Below, in pieces: positions 9,198-18,719 of a stretch of DNA of 64,000 bases; position 1 is the first letter of the stretch; each line of letters starts with the position of its first letter. The notes under the pieces were generated by a model, which ran no database searches, had not been told where the DNA came from, and was given only the letters and a program-made list of their open reading frames with translations. The translations under genes were made by a program, and so were the position numbers. Source of the stretch: Armatimonadota bacterium (lineage in GTDB: Bacteria; Armatimonadota; Fimbriimonadia; Fimbriimonadales; Fimbriimonadaceae); the NCBI GenBank assembly GCA_031400935.1, contig JANNQV010000018.1, positions 62,001-126,000 of the forward strand. The letters are read 5' to 3'.

Positions 9198-9914
9198 ATG
9201 CGAATTGGCTTTGTGGCGTTGTTTCCAGAGGTGATTCAGGCTGGACTTGGAGTCAGCATGGCGAATCGCGCAATGGAAAAGGCACTCGTAACATATCAGT
9301 TTGCCAATCCGCGTGACTTTGCTACGGACCCGCACAAAACCGTTGACGAAAAACCTTATGGCGGAGGGCCGGGAATGGTGATGATGCCCGACATTGTGGA
9401 CATGGCTCTTCAATCCTTAGCTCCATTTTCAGAGAAATCAGCAGTCGTTGTGCCAGATCCATGCGGAAAGAGGTTCGTGCAAGCTGATGCCATCGAGCTT
9501 TCAAAATTCGAAGATATTGTTTTCGTTTGCGGTCACTACGAAGGCATTGACGAGCGATTTGTATCCAAAAGAGCAACTCATAGGTTCTCTCTAGGCGATT
9601 TCGTGATGACGGGCGGCGAAATCCCTGCATTGGCTATGGCTGATGCCATCATTCGACTCATTCCAGGGGTGCTAGGGGACGCAGAAAGTTTGAATATTGA
9701 TTCTTATTCAGACGGGTTATTGAGCGCACCACAATACACTCGCCCTGGAACCTGGGAAGGCATGGAAGTGCCTGAGGTTTTGAGGTCTGGAGACCATGGC
9801 GCAATTGCAAAGTGGAAGAGGCAGGTGGCTTTAAGTACTACCCGGGAACTAAGGCCCGAACTTTTAGCGTTAGCTATATTGGAAAAAGGGGACGCAGATA
9901 TGCTATCCTCTTAG
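9198..9914 (+). CDS. trmD: tRNA (guanine37-N1)-methyltransferase
   Basis: YGGGPGMV, CGHYEGIDER, SLGDFVMTGGE, PQYTRP. Confidence 0.97.
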   Translation: MRIGFVALFPEVIQAGLGVSMANRAMEKALVTYQFANPRDFATDPHKTVDEKPYGGGPGMVMMPDIVDMALQSLAPFSEKSAVVVPDPCGKRFVQADAIELSKFEDIVFVCGHYEGIDERFVSKRATHRFSLGDFVMTGGEIPALAMADAIIRLIPGVLGDAESLNIDSYSDGLLSAPQYTRPGTWEGMEVPEVLRSGDHGAIAKWKRQVALSTTRELRPELLALAILEKGDADMLSS

Positions 9915-9960
9915 CTCCCGTGTCCGATGTTGAATGATTTAGTACGGGTGGAGACAAACC

Positions 9961-10320
9961 ATGTCACAAGCTACAATTTTGAAAAGCGTTGTTGAGGGCT
10001 GCATGAAGCCAGACTTGCCAGAGTTTCGACCGGGCGATACAGTCCGCGTTTATGTAAAAGTTCGCGAAGCAGGCAAAGAAAGACTTCAGATGTTCGAAGG
10101 CATTTGCATAGCGATCAAGCATGGCGGAATTTCCAAAACGCTGACAATCCGAAAAGTCTCCAATGGTGTTGGCGTCGAACGAACTTTCCCAATTCATTCG
10201 CCCAACGTCGGAAAATTCGAGATCGTACGGCACGGAATCGTTCGACGAGCTAAGCTCTATTACCTTCGTGATAAGGTGGGCAAAGCAGCTAGGATTCGAG
10301 AGAGACGAGTTAAGGCGTAA
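9961..10320 (+). CDS. rplS: 50S ribosomal protein L19
   Basis: [28 protein letters not shown]. Confidence 0.98.
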   Translation: MSQATILKSVVEGCMKPDLPEFRPGDTVRVYVKVREAGKERLQMFEGICIAIKHGGISKTLTIRKVSNGVGVERTFPIHSPNVGKFEIVRHGIVRRAKLYYLRDKVGKAARIRERRVKA

Positions 10321-11180
10321 TGTTTCCGTTCCTCGCGCAAGTCGCGGAGCCAAATGCATTCGCAGACAAGTTGGATTCGTTGGCGCGGACTCCGCTAAGT
10401 CAAGTTGTGATCGTCGTGGCGTTCTGCACGATTATTCGTTTGGCTGTTTTTCCAAAATTAATGAAAACGCCTCCGCACATGCGGTCGGGCACCTATTCGG
10501 GCCTTCGGATTCTAAACGAATTCATGGACGCCATCATCTATGCTGGCGTTTTTGTCTTTCTGCTGATTCGGCCATTTGCAGTTCAAACTTTCCGTATTCC
10601 ATCTGGTTCGATGTTCGACACGCTCCTGTTAAACGATTTCATCATCGCAAACAAAGCTGTGTTTCGATATTCCGACCCTCAATTTGGCGACATCGTTGTT
10701 TTCAAGCCACCCGTTTATGGCAAGCCAATGGAGGATGAAGATAAGGATCTGGACTATATTAAGCGGTGCCGTGGGGTGCCAGGCGATGTTATAGAGATCC
10801 GAAATGGACTTTTTTATCGCAACGGGCAAGAGGTTCGCGAGCCGTTTGTAAAGTTTGGCGAAGGAATGGACCGAATGGTTTACGACTTCAAGTTGGTGCA
10901 GTACAAGGGTGAATATTGGCCCTTGCTTTGGAGGCCAGGCAGTCTCCCGAACTTGGAAAATCGGACTGTCAACAAGTATTGGGCGATGGATGACCAAACA
11001 GCACACCTTTTGGCTTCGCTTCCTCCAGCAAGCATTCCTCCTAAGCACTATCTGATGATGGGAGACAACCGCGAAGGCTCGTCTGACGGGCGATCTTGGG
11101 GACTTGTCGAGCGGGAATCCATTGTTGGCAAATCCATGGTTATTTGGTGGCCGCCATCCAGGTGGCAAGTTACTAGATAG
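10320..11180 (+). CDS. lepB: Signal peptidase I
   Basis: IPSGSM (Ser), YIKR (Lys), MGDNREGSSDGRSWG. Confidence 0.95.
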   Translation: MFPFLAQVAEPNAFADKLDSLARTPLSQVVIVVAFCTIIRLAVFPKLMKTPPHMRSGTYSGLRILNEFMDAIIYAGVFVFLLIRPFAVQTFRIPSGSMFDTLLLNDFIIANKAVFRYSDPQFGDIVVFKPPVYGKPMEDEDKDLDYIKRCRGVPGDVIEIRNGLFYRNGQEVREPFVKFGEGMDRMVYDFKLVQYKGEYWPLLWRPGSLPNLENRTVNKYWAMDDQTAHLLASLPPASIPPKHYLMMGDNREGSSDGRSWGLVERESIVGKSMVIWWPPSRWQVTR

Positions 11181-11181
11181 C

Positions 11182-11835
11182 TTAGTTTTTGGAATCTGAA
11201 CCAGGTTCGGAGACGACTTTTCGAATCATGAAGAGGGTCATTTGCTCCCCGCAATGTCGAATCGGAACCAAATCGCCCACGATAACGAATTCCTTTCCGC
11301 TTCTATGCAACGCAGGTACACCCTGATGCGGACCCATCCGGTGCGCAACTGGGGTTTCATGAAATTCGGCAACATGCTCTCGGTGCGCTTGTCGCAGCCT
11401 TTTTGGAACAAGTTGATTTACAGACAACGGCACGATCCGGTTTTCAGCATATCCAAACAATGCAGCTGCAGCTTGGTTCGCAAGGACTATCTCGAGATTG
11501 TCGTTAACAACCAGCACTGCTTCGGGCAGATTCTCAAACACCGAGTGCAGCAGCTCTGCTTCTTCATTTGCTCCGCGAAAACGATCTAGTTCGGCCTTAA
11601 CCTCCGCAAATTCTGATTCGAATTTCGCCTGCGAAAATTCCATTTCTTCGTGCAAATGTATGGCGACCGCTTCAGTACGGCTGGAGGCATTAAGTTTTGC
11701 GCGAATGCGAGCCCAATAGGTTGCAACCGTGGCTTCAGAAATTCCAAGCCTCTGCGCGACGTTGGCATCAATCAAGCCTTCGGCAGCGAGGTCGAGAACT
11801 TCTTTTTCGCGTTTTGAGAGGGTCGGGTCTTGCAT
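11182..11835 (-). CDS. LuxR-type HTH plus C-terminal PAS domain regulator
   Basis: LSKREKEVL...LGISEATV..Y..RI..KL, followed by PAS (LPEAVLVV...NQAAAALFGY...HRSGKEF). Confidence 0.85.
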   Translation of the reverse strand: MQDPTLSKREKEVLDLAAEGLIDANVAQRLGISEATVATYWARIRAKLNASSRTEAVAIHLHEEMEFSQAKFESEFAEVKAELDRFRGANEEAELLHSVFENLPEAVLVVNDNLEIVLANQAAAALFGYAENRIVPLSVNQLVPKRLRQAHREHVAEFHETPVAHRMGPHQGVPALHRSGKEFVIVGDLVPIRHCGEQMTLFMIRKVVSEPGSDSKN

Positions 11836-11998
11836 TTGGACTCTTGCAGATTCATTTTAGCAAATTGTCCTGCAAATCAATGACACGAAACAGCGGACTA
11901 CAACGGAACAGTTTGTTGGCTATGATGAGAATGTAGACGAATCGAACCTAGGGACTCACTTAAGATCGAAGTTTACAAAAAGAGAAAGTTAACGAATA

Positions 11999-12439
11999 AT
12001 GGAGGACAACAAAATGGCAACACTACTACCTAGCAACAGACCGCTCGGAGTTATCGACCGGTTCAATGAGATGATGGAAGATATCTTTGATACTAAGCTC
12101 ATGACAACTCATTGGTTGCCAAGAGTGGATGTCAGAGATACAGAAAAGGAAACAACCTATGTCGTCGAATTGCCAGGAATGACAATGGAAGACATAGACG
12201 TGGAAGTCCTCAACGACATGCTGACGATCAAAGGCAAGAGGGAAATGCGAGATGAAGTTCGGCGAGACGACTATGTTCGCATCGAACGACAATACGGCAA
12301 TTTCTTGAGGCAGTTCCGCTTAGTTGCTCCAACCGAACCCAATTTGGTTAAAGCCACGTACAAGGACGGATTGCTCACTGTAGCCGTGCCAAAAAGGGAC
12401 GTAAAGCCAACTCATCGAGTACCAATATTGCCTAAGTAG
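11999..12439 (+). CDS. Hsp20 small heat-shock protein
   Basis: PRVDV, ELPG, ERQYGNFLRQF, ATYKDGLL.V.VPK; true start may be 12014. Confidence 0.93.
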   Translation: MEDNKMATLLPSNRPLGVIDRFNEMMEDIFDTKLMTTHWLPRVDVRDTEKETTYVVELPGMTMEDIDVEVLNDMLTIKGKREMRDEVRRDDYVRIERQYGNFLRQFRLVAPTEPNLVKATYKDGLLTVAVPKRDVKPTHRVPILPK

Positions 12440-12448
12440 GAGGGCGAA

Positions 12449-12637
12449 ATGTCGCACGAGAGAAAGAAAGACGGAGAGAGAAAGGACAAGAAGAACAAAC
12501 GCATGCATGAATCCGTTGCATTCCGACACGCAATGGCGGAACCGGAGACCCACCGCACCGACGAAAAGGATGTAGTGACGTACAAGCCAGGCAGCGCGAG
12601 GGACAAACTTCGGCACCAGCCGCCGTCGAACATATAG
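12449..12637 (+). CDS. Small charged hypothetical protein
   Basis: GGAGG RBS, 62 aa, follows hsp20; hairpin at 12672-12689 downstream. Confidence 0.55.
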   Translation: MSHERKKDGERKDKKNKRMHESVAFRHAMAEPETHRTDEKDVVTYKPGSARDKLRHQPPSNI

Positions 12638-12716
12638 CTCGGCGCATTGTCCAGAAGGAGAGGAGTCATTGGCCCGGAATCTTCCGGGCTGATGGCTTTA
12701 TGGAGACACGGCGTCT

Positions 12717-14255
12717 CTACCGATTGGCCTGCAATCTAACTCGATTCTCCGCGACTCTCGTGATCGGCGAATTTGCCTTCACATAGTCAACCAGGATGTC
12801 TATGTCCAATAGCCCAGTGTCGTATCGGTAGCCCTTAGCAATTTTGAGAACCGTGTGCGCATCTCCGCCACCCGCTGTGAAATTGTTTAATGCGAGGCGG
12901 TAAGTCTTCCCTAATTGAATTGGACTTCCTCCCACAACGATATTTGCAACTCTCTGACCTGATGGTCTAGACATATCAATAAAGTAAGATGTCCCAGAAG
13001 ACGGGAGCAGCATCCCTCCCGAAATCTCGGTTCCCAGTGCAGGAGTTTCCAAAGCATCTTTCAATTCCTGTCCCGAAAGCTCTAGAATCATGAGAGTGTT
13101 TCGAAAAGGCTGGACTTCGTTCAGCTTGCCCAACGTGATGTCACCGGCATCAATTCCGGAACGCACGCCGCCGGTATTCATGAATGATGCAACTGCTCCA
13201 AATGCCTTTGCTGCTTCCTGCATCGCATCGGGAAGTAGCTCGCGCATGAGGCCGTTGCGATCCAAATTCACTTCTGTCTTGCCAATTTTCTGAAGCATCG
13301 TTGCGATGATCGGCTTTTGGAATGCAGCAATTAGGTTGGCGACTGTTGGATCGTCGGGGATTTTGTCGTCAACTACTATGGGTAAAGCGTCTCTCCATCC
13401 TGAAACTTGACCCCTGGAATCAAACTGAATTTTGATGTTGCCCAATATCTTTCCCCATTCCCAGCCTTGCAAAACTAGCGACCGTGAACCACCAACATGG
13501 TTGACAATGGTCGGATAAGGGCCAAGCGGAGTTGGCCAACCGTCTAGCTTGGGAAACGAAGGATTTGCCAAGAAGGAGTGGCTGTGCCCTCCGACGACCA
13601 CGTCTATTTCGGGGATTTTTGCAACGATTTCCCTTTCGAGTTCATATCCACAATGGCTGACTAAGAAAATCTTTGAAATCTTTGCGACTTTCAATTCAGA
13701 AACCGCTTGACTAATACTTGCGAAAAGCTCCTTCATTTTCACATGCTGGCCAATGTCGCTGATTGTCGGTAAATCGGGCGTCACAGCTCCAATAACTCCA
13801 ACTTTTTCCTTTCCCACATTGAGAATCGTCCAAGCTTTGATTCGATCTTTCAAATCTGGATCGTTGCTCACATCCAGGTTGGCTGCGAGCAATGGAAAGT
13901 TGGCACGTTTCACAAATTCTGAAAATGTCTTTGGGCCACGGTCGAACTCGTGATTTCCAACAGCAGCCGCCTGATATCCGACTTGATTCATAAACGCGAG
14001 GTCGCTCAAACCTTCGTATACATTGAAATATAGAGTTCCTTGGAACGTGTCTCCGCCGTTCAACAGCAAGAGATTCTTGTCTAATTTTCTGGCCTGATTG
14101 ATTAACGTGGCTTGACGCGCGTATCCGCCGTAGCTCTTTCCGCGAATCATGACTGGCTCAGCGTGTGAATGCAGGTCGTTTGTATGAAGCAAGGTGACTT
14201 CAAAATTGCCAACGAAGGCTGTGGCGGCAAGAAGAGAATTCAAAAGCGAGAGCAT
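12717..14255 (-). CDS. 5'-nucleotidase/UDP-sugar hydrolase (metallophosphoesterase plus C-terminal domain)
   Basis: HTNDLHSH, GDTFQG, GNHEFD, GGHSH, NTGGVR, PFRN. Start MLSLL preferred over track start 14282. Confidence 0.92.
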   Translation of the reverse strand: MLSLLNSLLAATAFVGNFEVTLLHTNDLHSHAEPVMIRGKSYGGYARQATLINQARKLDKNLLLLNGGDTFQGTLYFNVYEGLSDLAFMNQVGYQAAAVGNHEFDRGPKTFSEFVKRANFPLLAANLDVSNDPDLKDRIKAWTILNVGKEKVGVIGAVTPDLPTISDIGQHVKMKELFASISQAVSELKVAKISKIFLVSHCGYELEREIVAKIPEIDVVVGGHSHSFLANPSFPKLDGWPTPLGPYPTIVNHVGGSRSLVLQGWEWGKILGNIKIQFDSRGQVSGWRDALPIVVDDKIPDDPTVANLIAAFQKPIIATMLQKIGKTEVNLDRNGLMRELLPDAMQEAAKAFGAVASFMNTGGVRSGIDAGDITLGKLNEVQPFRNTLMILELSGQELKDALETPALGTEISGGMLLPSSGTSYFIDMSRPSGQRVANIVVGGSPIQLGKTYRLALNNFTAGGGDAHTVLKIAKGYRYDTGLLDIDILVDYVKANSPITRVAENRVRLQANR

Positions 14256-14275
14256 GTGGATTGTATACCCAAAAC

Positions 14276-14436
14276 GGGTCATTGGGTCATTGGGTGAGTT
14301 GGGTGAAATGAGTGACTTGGGAGATTTGAATTGAAAACTGAATAGTCAATCCAGATCCAGAAAATCAGTTCTGAAATTGAATCAGCAAATCGCCTGGTGC
14401 CCCCAAGTCATACACTTCACGCCTATCACCCAAGTC
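14276..14436. repeat. Degenerate 8/9-mer tandem repeats (GGGTCATT / GGGTGAxxT) with inverted counterparts
   Basis: gggtcattgggtcattgggtgagttgggtgaaatgagtgacttggg and tcacccaagtca. The same units occur at 14670-14735, 19624-19695, 29841-29880 and 51116-51136. Confidence 0.7.
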
Positions 14437-14444
14437 AAAAATTG

Positions 14445-14517
14445 TGGGCCTGGCGGGACTCGAACCCGCGGCCGAACGGTTATGAGCCGTCCGCTCTAAC
14501 CACTGAGCTACAGGCCC
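14445..14517 (-). tRNA. tRNA with CAT anticodon, most likely tRNA-Ile2 (lysidine); CCA not encoded
   Basis: GGGCCTGTAGCTCAGTGGTTAGAGCG-GACGG-CTCATAA-CCGTT...GGTTCGAGTCCC-GCCAGGCCCA. G1-C72 is paired and there is no GGG/CCC anticodon stem, so it is not initiator tRNA. Confidence 0.92.
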
Positions 14518-14738
14518 TCAATGACTCTTGATGGTACCCGCCGCAGAAAAAATGACGTGGCTGACCAGGGTAACTGGGGTGAGTATTGAGGTGCATGAAT
14601 TTCGTGACACTTGGGGCGGCTGCAAGGTTCGCAATTGTCTTCTCGAAACGGATCACTTGATTCGCCCTATGACCCAACAACCCAATAACCTACTTCACAC
14701 AATGACCCAAGTCAGCCAAGTCACCCAAGTCATCGCCT

Positions 14739-15140
14739 TCACACATCCGGCCCCCGAATCTCAAACCTAGTCTGTCCGATCACGTCGCCGTTGTAAAGCA
14801 AGTCGAATCGAAAGGCCCCAGGCGACGGAATTTCTCTTTCGACACAGACTCTAAACCAAGAATAAACGTTGCTTGGCAGCATATCCGGGCGGCGATGAAC
14901 TTCGAGACTAAGTTCGTTTCGATAATAAACCTGCCCATCAGCATCCACCATTTGCAAAGTCATTTCGTGAATTCGGTCGCCTTCAAAAGGGTCGCATTCG
15001 ATTTCGATTGCCACATAAAACGGGTCTAGACGAGCTGGGAATTCATGTGAGCCAATAACCCGAAATACCCCAGCCAAAACCGGCGCACCAGTGGCCAATT
15101 GGGACGCATATTCGCACAATAATAGAAATCCGACTTGCAC
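14739..15140 (-). CDS. Hypothetical protein (DUF6941-like)
   Basis: FLLLCEYA...GVF...FPA...PGAFRF pattern. Confidence 0.6.
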   Translation of the reverse strand: MQVGFLLLCEYASQLATGAPVLAGVFRVIGSHEFPARLDPFYVAIEIECDPFEGDRIHEMTLQMVDADGQVYYRNELSLEVHRRPDMLPSNVYSWFRVCVEREIPSPGAFRFDLLYNGDVIGQTRFEIRGPDV

Positions 15141-15250
15141 AATTCATTATGCCAGCCAAAAAGCCGTAAAAATGCGGCTAGGAATTTTTGAAAAAATGCG
15201 TTACGATATAGAGTGAACAAGAGGCGGCAAGAAATTTTGGTGAAGCCTCA

Positions 15251-15745
15251 ATGAAAGAAAAGCCATTTCATACGCTTTCTGGACCCTGGTCGGGATGGTC
15301 CATCCAGGACGGCTTTCGGCTGTCTGAACGTTTGATTTTCAAAATTTCACGTTCGAACTCATGCTGCGATGGAGGAAGAAACTTCGCTGCGGCAGACTTT
15401 GAGCGTCACGAAGCCATAGAATTTGCTGCCACACAAATTACGATTATCGCAACCGGCACTGACGTAGACGGCGAATTCGAGATGGCAGGCACATTTGACC
15501 CTCTAACGAATGAGGTCCTGATGATCCGGCGCTATACGAGGGCGCCAAAAAATCCGAGTCAAGTTGGCTTTCCATTCACATATGAGGGACGCTGGAACGG
15601 CTATTGCATCTTTGGCGCATGGAGTTCTCCCAGCGATCCCGATACCTGTGGCCCGTTTGAAATGTGGCCTGAATCGCAAGGGGAAATCGAAGAGTTGAGC
15701 CTAGATGAATTACTCGCATCCGGTCCACTGCCTGCCGGGGTTTGA
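15251..15745 (+). CDS. Hypothetical protein
   Basis: 164 aa; SGPWSGW, GTDVDGEF, YEGRW..GAW, FEMWP. Confidence 0.6.
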   Translation: MKEKPFHTLSGPWSGWSIQDGFRLSERLIFKISRSNSCCDGGRNFAAADFERHEAIEFAATQITIIATGTDVDGEFEMAGTFDPLTNEVLMIRRYTRAPKNPSQVGFPFTYEGRWNGYCIFGAWSSPSDPDTCGPFEMWPESQGEIEELSLDELLASGPLPAGV

Positions 15746-15858
15746 CAAAGTGCGGGCGTGCCCTGGAGCGCGGGCGCCTCGCCCGTATCTGTGCTCCGGA
15801 CGTCTCGTCGGGTGAAGCTTATTTTCAATATTCCAACAACATGGAACATAATTGACAA

Positions 15859-17001
15859 ATGGCATTGATTCACTTCCTAGCACTAAGCGGAATTTTTGGA
15901 CATAACTCCAGCGACATAGATTCCAAAATTGCAGCAGTCTTGCCAACAGCAGAAGAAAACCGCTGGCTTGAAATCCCCTGGCGACTCGACCTTGGAGTGG
16001 CCAGAAAGGAAGCCGCGGAATCAAAAAAACCGCTTTTCATTTGGATGATGAACGGCCATCCAATGGGCTGTACGTGAAACAACGGACTTTGGGACCGGCG
16101 GTTCCTCTTTAGCAATCCAACTATCAGCAAGCGATTGCGCGAGCAATTTATACCTGTCGTGGGAAACACCCACGAGCTACAAAATGGCAGGAGCGATGCC
16201 AGAAATTGGTTTATGGCAGCTTCGGAGACTGTAAAGCCCGATGTAAAGAGCGGTAGTACTGCCCAAGGCTTTTATGTAATGACGGCAAGTGGAAGAGCAC
16301 TTGGATTTAACAACAATCGAAGCGTCGAGCGAGTTTTGCAACTAATGGATCGGGGGTTGGCAGCGTTCAAGCCTGAAACAGAGCCTAAGCCCGAAGATCT
16401 GCCGAAATGGGAATCAAAGCATTACGGACCAGAACCAACAACTTCGATTCTGCGAATTTTCGCTCGGGTTAAACCCAAAGTCGAAGGAGCCGATCCAGCA
16501 AACGATAACGTTGCGCAAGATCATGTCTGGTTTCTCAAATCGGAGATTCAGTCGCTCGTTGAATCTGGCTCATTGCCGGATTCAGCCACAAATCGCCTGT
16601 TCCGGTTTGCGTTTGTTGATAATGTTCGGGGTGAACCTGATCATTGGCAGCCAGGTGAAGTTAAAACAGCAATTCTCGATTTCAAAAGGGTCATCGAATT
16701 GGAAGGCAAAGTCACATTTGCCATAAGTGGACAATTCGCGATGGCTACTGCAAACGGACTGCGTGGGCTAGAAGGAACTCTAGAAGGTCGGGTTGTCGTG
16801 GATCGAAATGAATCAAAAGTTAGTGAGTGCAGAATCTATTCAGCAGCCAAGGCATGGGGACGGAGCACATACACTCCAAACCCGCCCGCCGGAAAATTTC
16901 CAATGGTATTCGCAATTGTTGAAACCAATGACGAAATATCGAAAGTTGTTCCGCCTCAGGCAATTTTTCATGGTTCGGAATATTTCAATCCTAAGCGTTA
17001 G
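15859..17001 (+). CDS. Candidate selenoprotein, thioredoxin-like fold (about 380 aa; in-frame TGA 16075-16077 = U73)
   Basis: Track ORFs 15859-16077 and 16135-17001 are in the same frame with a single TGA between them. The Trx motif continues across it: KPLFIWMMNGHPMGCT-U-NNGLWDRRFLFSNPTISKRLREQFIPV. The paralog at 42731 has the TGA at the same position. Confidence 0.8.
16091..16105 (+). promoter_or_regulatory. Putative bacterial SECIS hairpin
   Basis: GGGACC-GGC-GGTTCC stem-loop starting 13 nt after the TGA, with G in the loop. Confidence 0.5.
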
Positions 17002-17007
17002 CACTAG

Positions 17008-17838
17008 TTACTTTAGCCCACCCAGCGTTACGCCTTTTACAAAGTAACGTTGCGTGGCAAGAAATACGACTACACATGGGATCATAACAATGAGCGCCGC
17101 AGCCATTTGCATCGGCCAGTTCGTACTTCCATAAGAGTTCTTGAACACGCTCAATCCGACTTCAAGTGTTCGCATTTGAACGAAAGATGTCGCCAAAAGC
17201 GGCCAAAAGAAATCTGTCCAAACTGCGAAGAAACTAAATGCAGAAGCCGTTGCCAGTGCAGCCTTGCTCAACGGCATTACAACCGACCAATAGATTCGAA
17301 ATTCACTAGCGCCGTCAATTCGGGCGGCTTCGCTTAGCTCGTTTGGAATCTGGGCAAAGAACTGTCGAAGCAAGAAGATGGAAAACGCGCTGCTGAGTCC
17401 TGGAACGATTAGCGCTACATAGGAGTCGAGCCAACCAAACGATCGAACCATTAGAAAAACCGGAATCTGGGTGACAGTTCCGCCGAACATCATGCTGAGC
17501 AAGAATGCTGTGAAAAGGGCGTCTCGCCCTTTGAATTTGAGTCTTGAGAATCCATAAGCCGCCAAACTGCTGACAAATAACTGGCCCAAAACTACCACGA
17601 TGGCGATAAAAACAGAATTTAGGAAGAATCGAAATACGGGGAGTTCTGGCATGAAAAGCACTGTCGCGAAATTTTCCCAATGTACTGTTTCGGGAACTAG
17701 CTTGTCCAAAGTTGGAATTGCAGTTTTCGTTTCTTGAAGAGAAACTAAGACCATCCAAGCAAAGGGAGCTAACATAAATAGTCCGAGACCGATCAATAGC
17801 GAATAAGTTGCAACTATTTTAAGAACTTTGCGAATCAT
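17008..17838 (-). CDS. Carbohydrate ABC transporter permease (MalG-like)
   Basis: EAARIDGAS EAA loop. Start MIRKV overlaps the upstream stop (track start 17958). Confidence 0.92.
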   Translation of the reverse strand: MIRKVLKIVATYSLLIGLGLFMLAPFAWMVLVSLQETKTAIPTLDKLVPETVHWENFATVLFMPELPVFRFFLNSVFIAIVVVLGQLFVSSLAAYGFSRLKFKGRDALFTAFLLSMMFGGTVTQIPVFLMVRSFGWLDSYVALIVPGLSSAFSIFLLRQFFAQIPNELSEAARIDGASEFRIYWSVVMPLSKAALATASAFSFFAVWTDFFWPLLATSFVQMRTLEVGLSVFKNSYGSTNWPMQMAAALIVMIPCVVVFLATQRYFVKGVTLGGLK

Positions 17839-18719
17839 GCCGCTGCATCCTCCATTCTGGATTTCATCAATCGGTATTGAATGATTGCCACGACCAAAAT
17901 CGCTAGCAATAGCAGAAACGATTGAGCGGAAGCCGAGCCCACATGAAATCGTCGCCAAGCTTCGTTGTAAATGTGATAGCCTACAACATCGGTAGAATCC
18001 ATCGGCCCACCTTTCGTCATCATGTATATTGGTGTGAAAACCTGAAAAGCGCTAATGGTGGACGTAACCAAGACAAACAAAGTTGTGGGAGTTAACATTG
18101 GCAATGTGATCCGCCAAAAACTTCGCCATCGCGAAGTGCCATCCAGCTCAGCGGCTTCATAAAGTGAAGGATCTATTACTACCAAACCCGCTAGAAAAAG
18201 CACCATTCTAGGGCCTAAACCTGTCCATATTGACATGAACACAAGTGCCCACATTGCAAATGGCACTTCGTTCAAGAAGTCCGTTTTGCCTTCGAATCCG
18301 AATACTTTTACAATTGAGTTAATGAGTCCGGATTCGGGCAAAAACACATAAATCCATAGCATCGAAATGGCAACACCAGAACTAATAGCTGGCAAATAGA
18401 AAAGCGTTCGGAAGACTGCCATTCCTCTGATTTTTTGATTTACAAGCAATGCAACTGCAAGGGCGACTATCATTCCTAATGGCACACCGGTTATTGCGTA
18501 ACGTGCAGAATTCCACATCGCATTCCAAAAGTTTGAATCTGCGAGCGTTTCTGAGTAGTTCTGTAATCCTACGAATGGACGAGAATCCTTTAGAAGATTC
18601 CAATCGTGAAAGCTAAGCCAGAGTGCATAGCCAATGGGGACAAGAGCGAATAGTAGTAAGTGCGCCGTCGCCGGGGCGACGAAAAACCAGCCCACTTTTC
18701 CACGCATTTTGACCCTCAC
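17835..18719 (-). CDS. Carbohydrate ABC transporter permease (MalF-like)
   Basis: LYEAAELDG, ITLPMLTP, MTKGGP; start may be 18707. Confidence 0.92.
   Translation of the reverse strand: MRVKMRGKVGWFFVAPATAHLLLFALVPIGYALWLSFHDWNLLKDSRPFVGLQNYSETLADSNFWNAMWNSARYAITGVPLGMIVALAVALLVNQKIRGMAVFRTLFYLPAISSGVAISMLWIYVFLPESGLINSIVKVFGFEGKTDFLNEVPFAMWALVFMSIWTGLGPRMVLFLAGLVVIDPSLYEAAELDGTSRWRSFWRITLPMLTPTTLFVLVTSTISAFQVFTPIYMMTKGGPMDSTDVVGYHIYNEAWRRFHVGSASAQSFLLLLAILVVAIIQYRLMKSRMEDAAA

Noticed and set aside
14276..14735. CRISPR array
   Set aside because: Units are 7-9 bp and degenerate, with no unique spacers and no cas genes.
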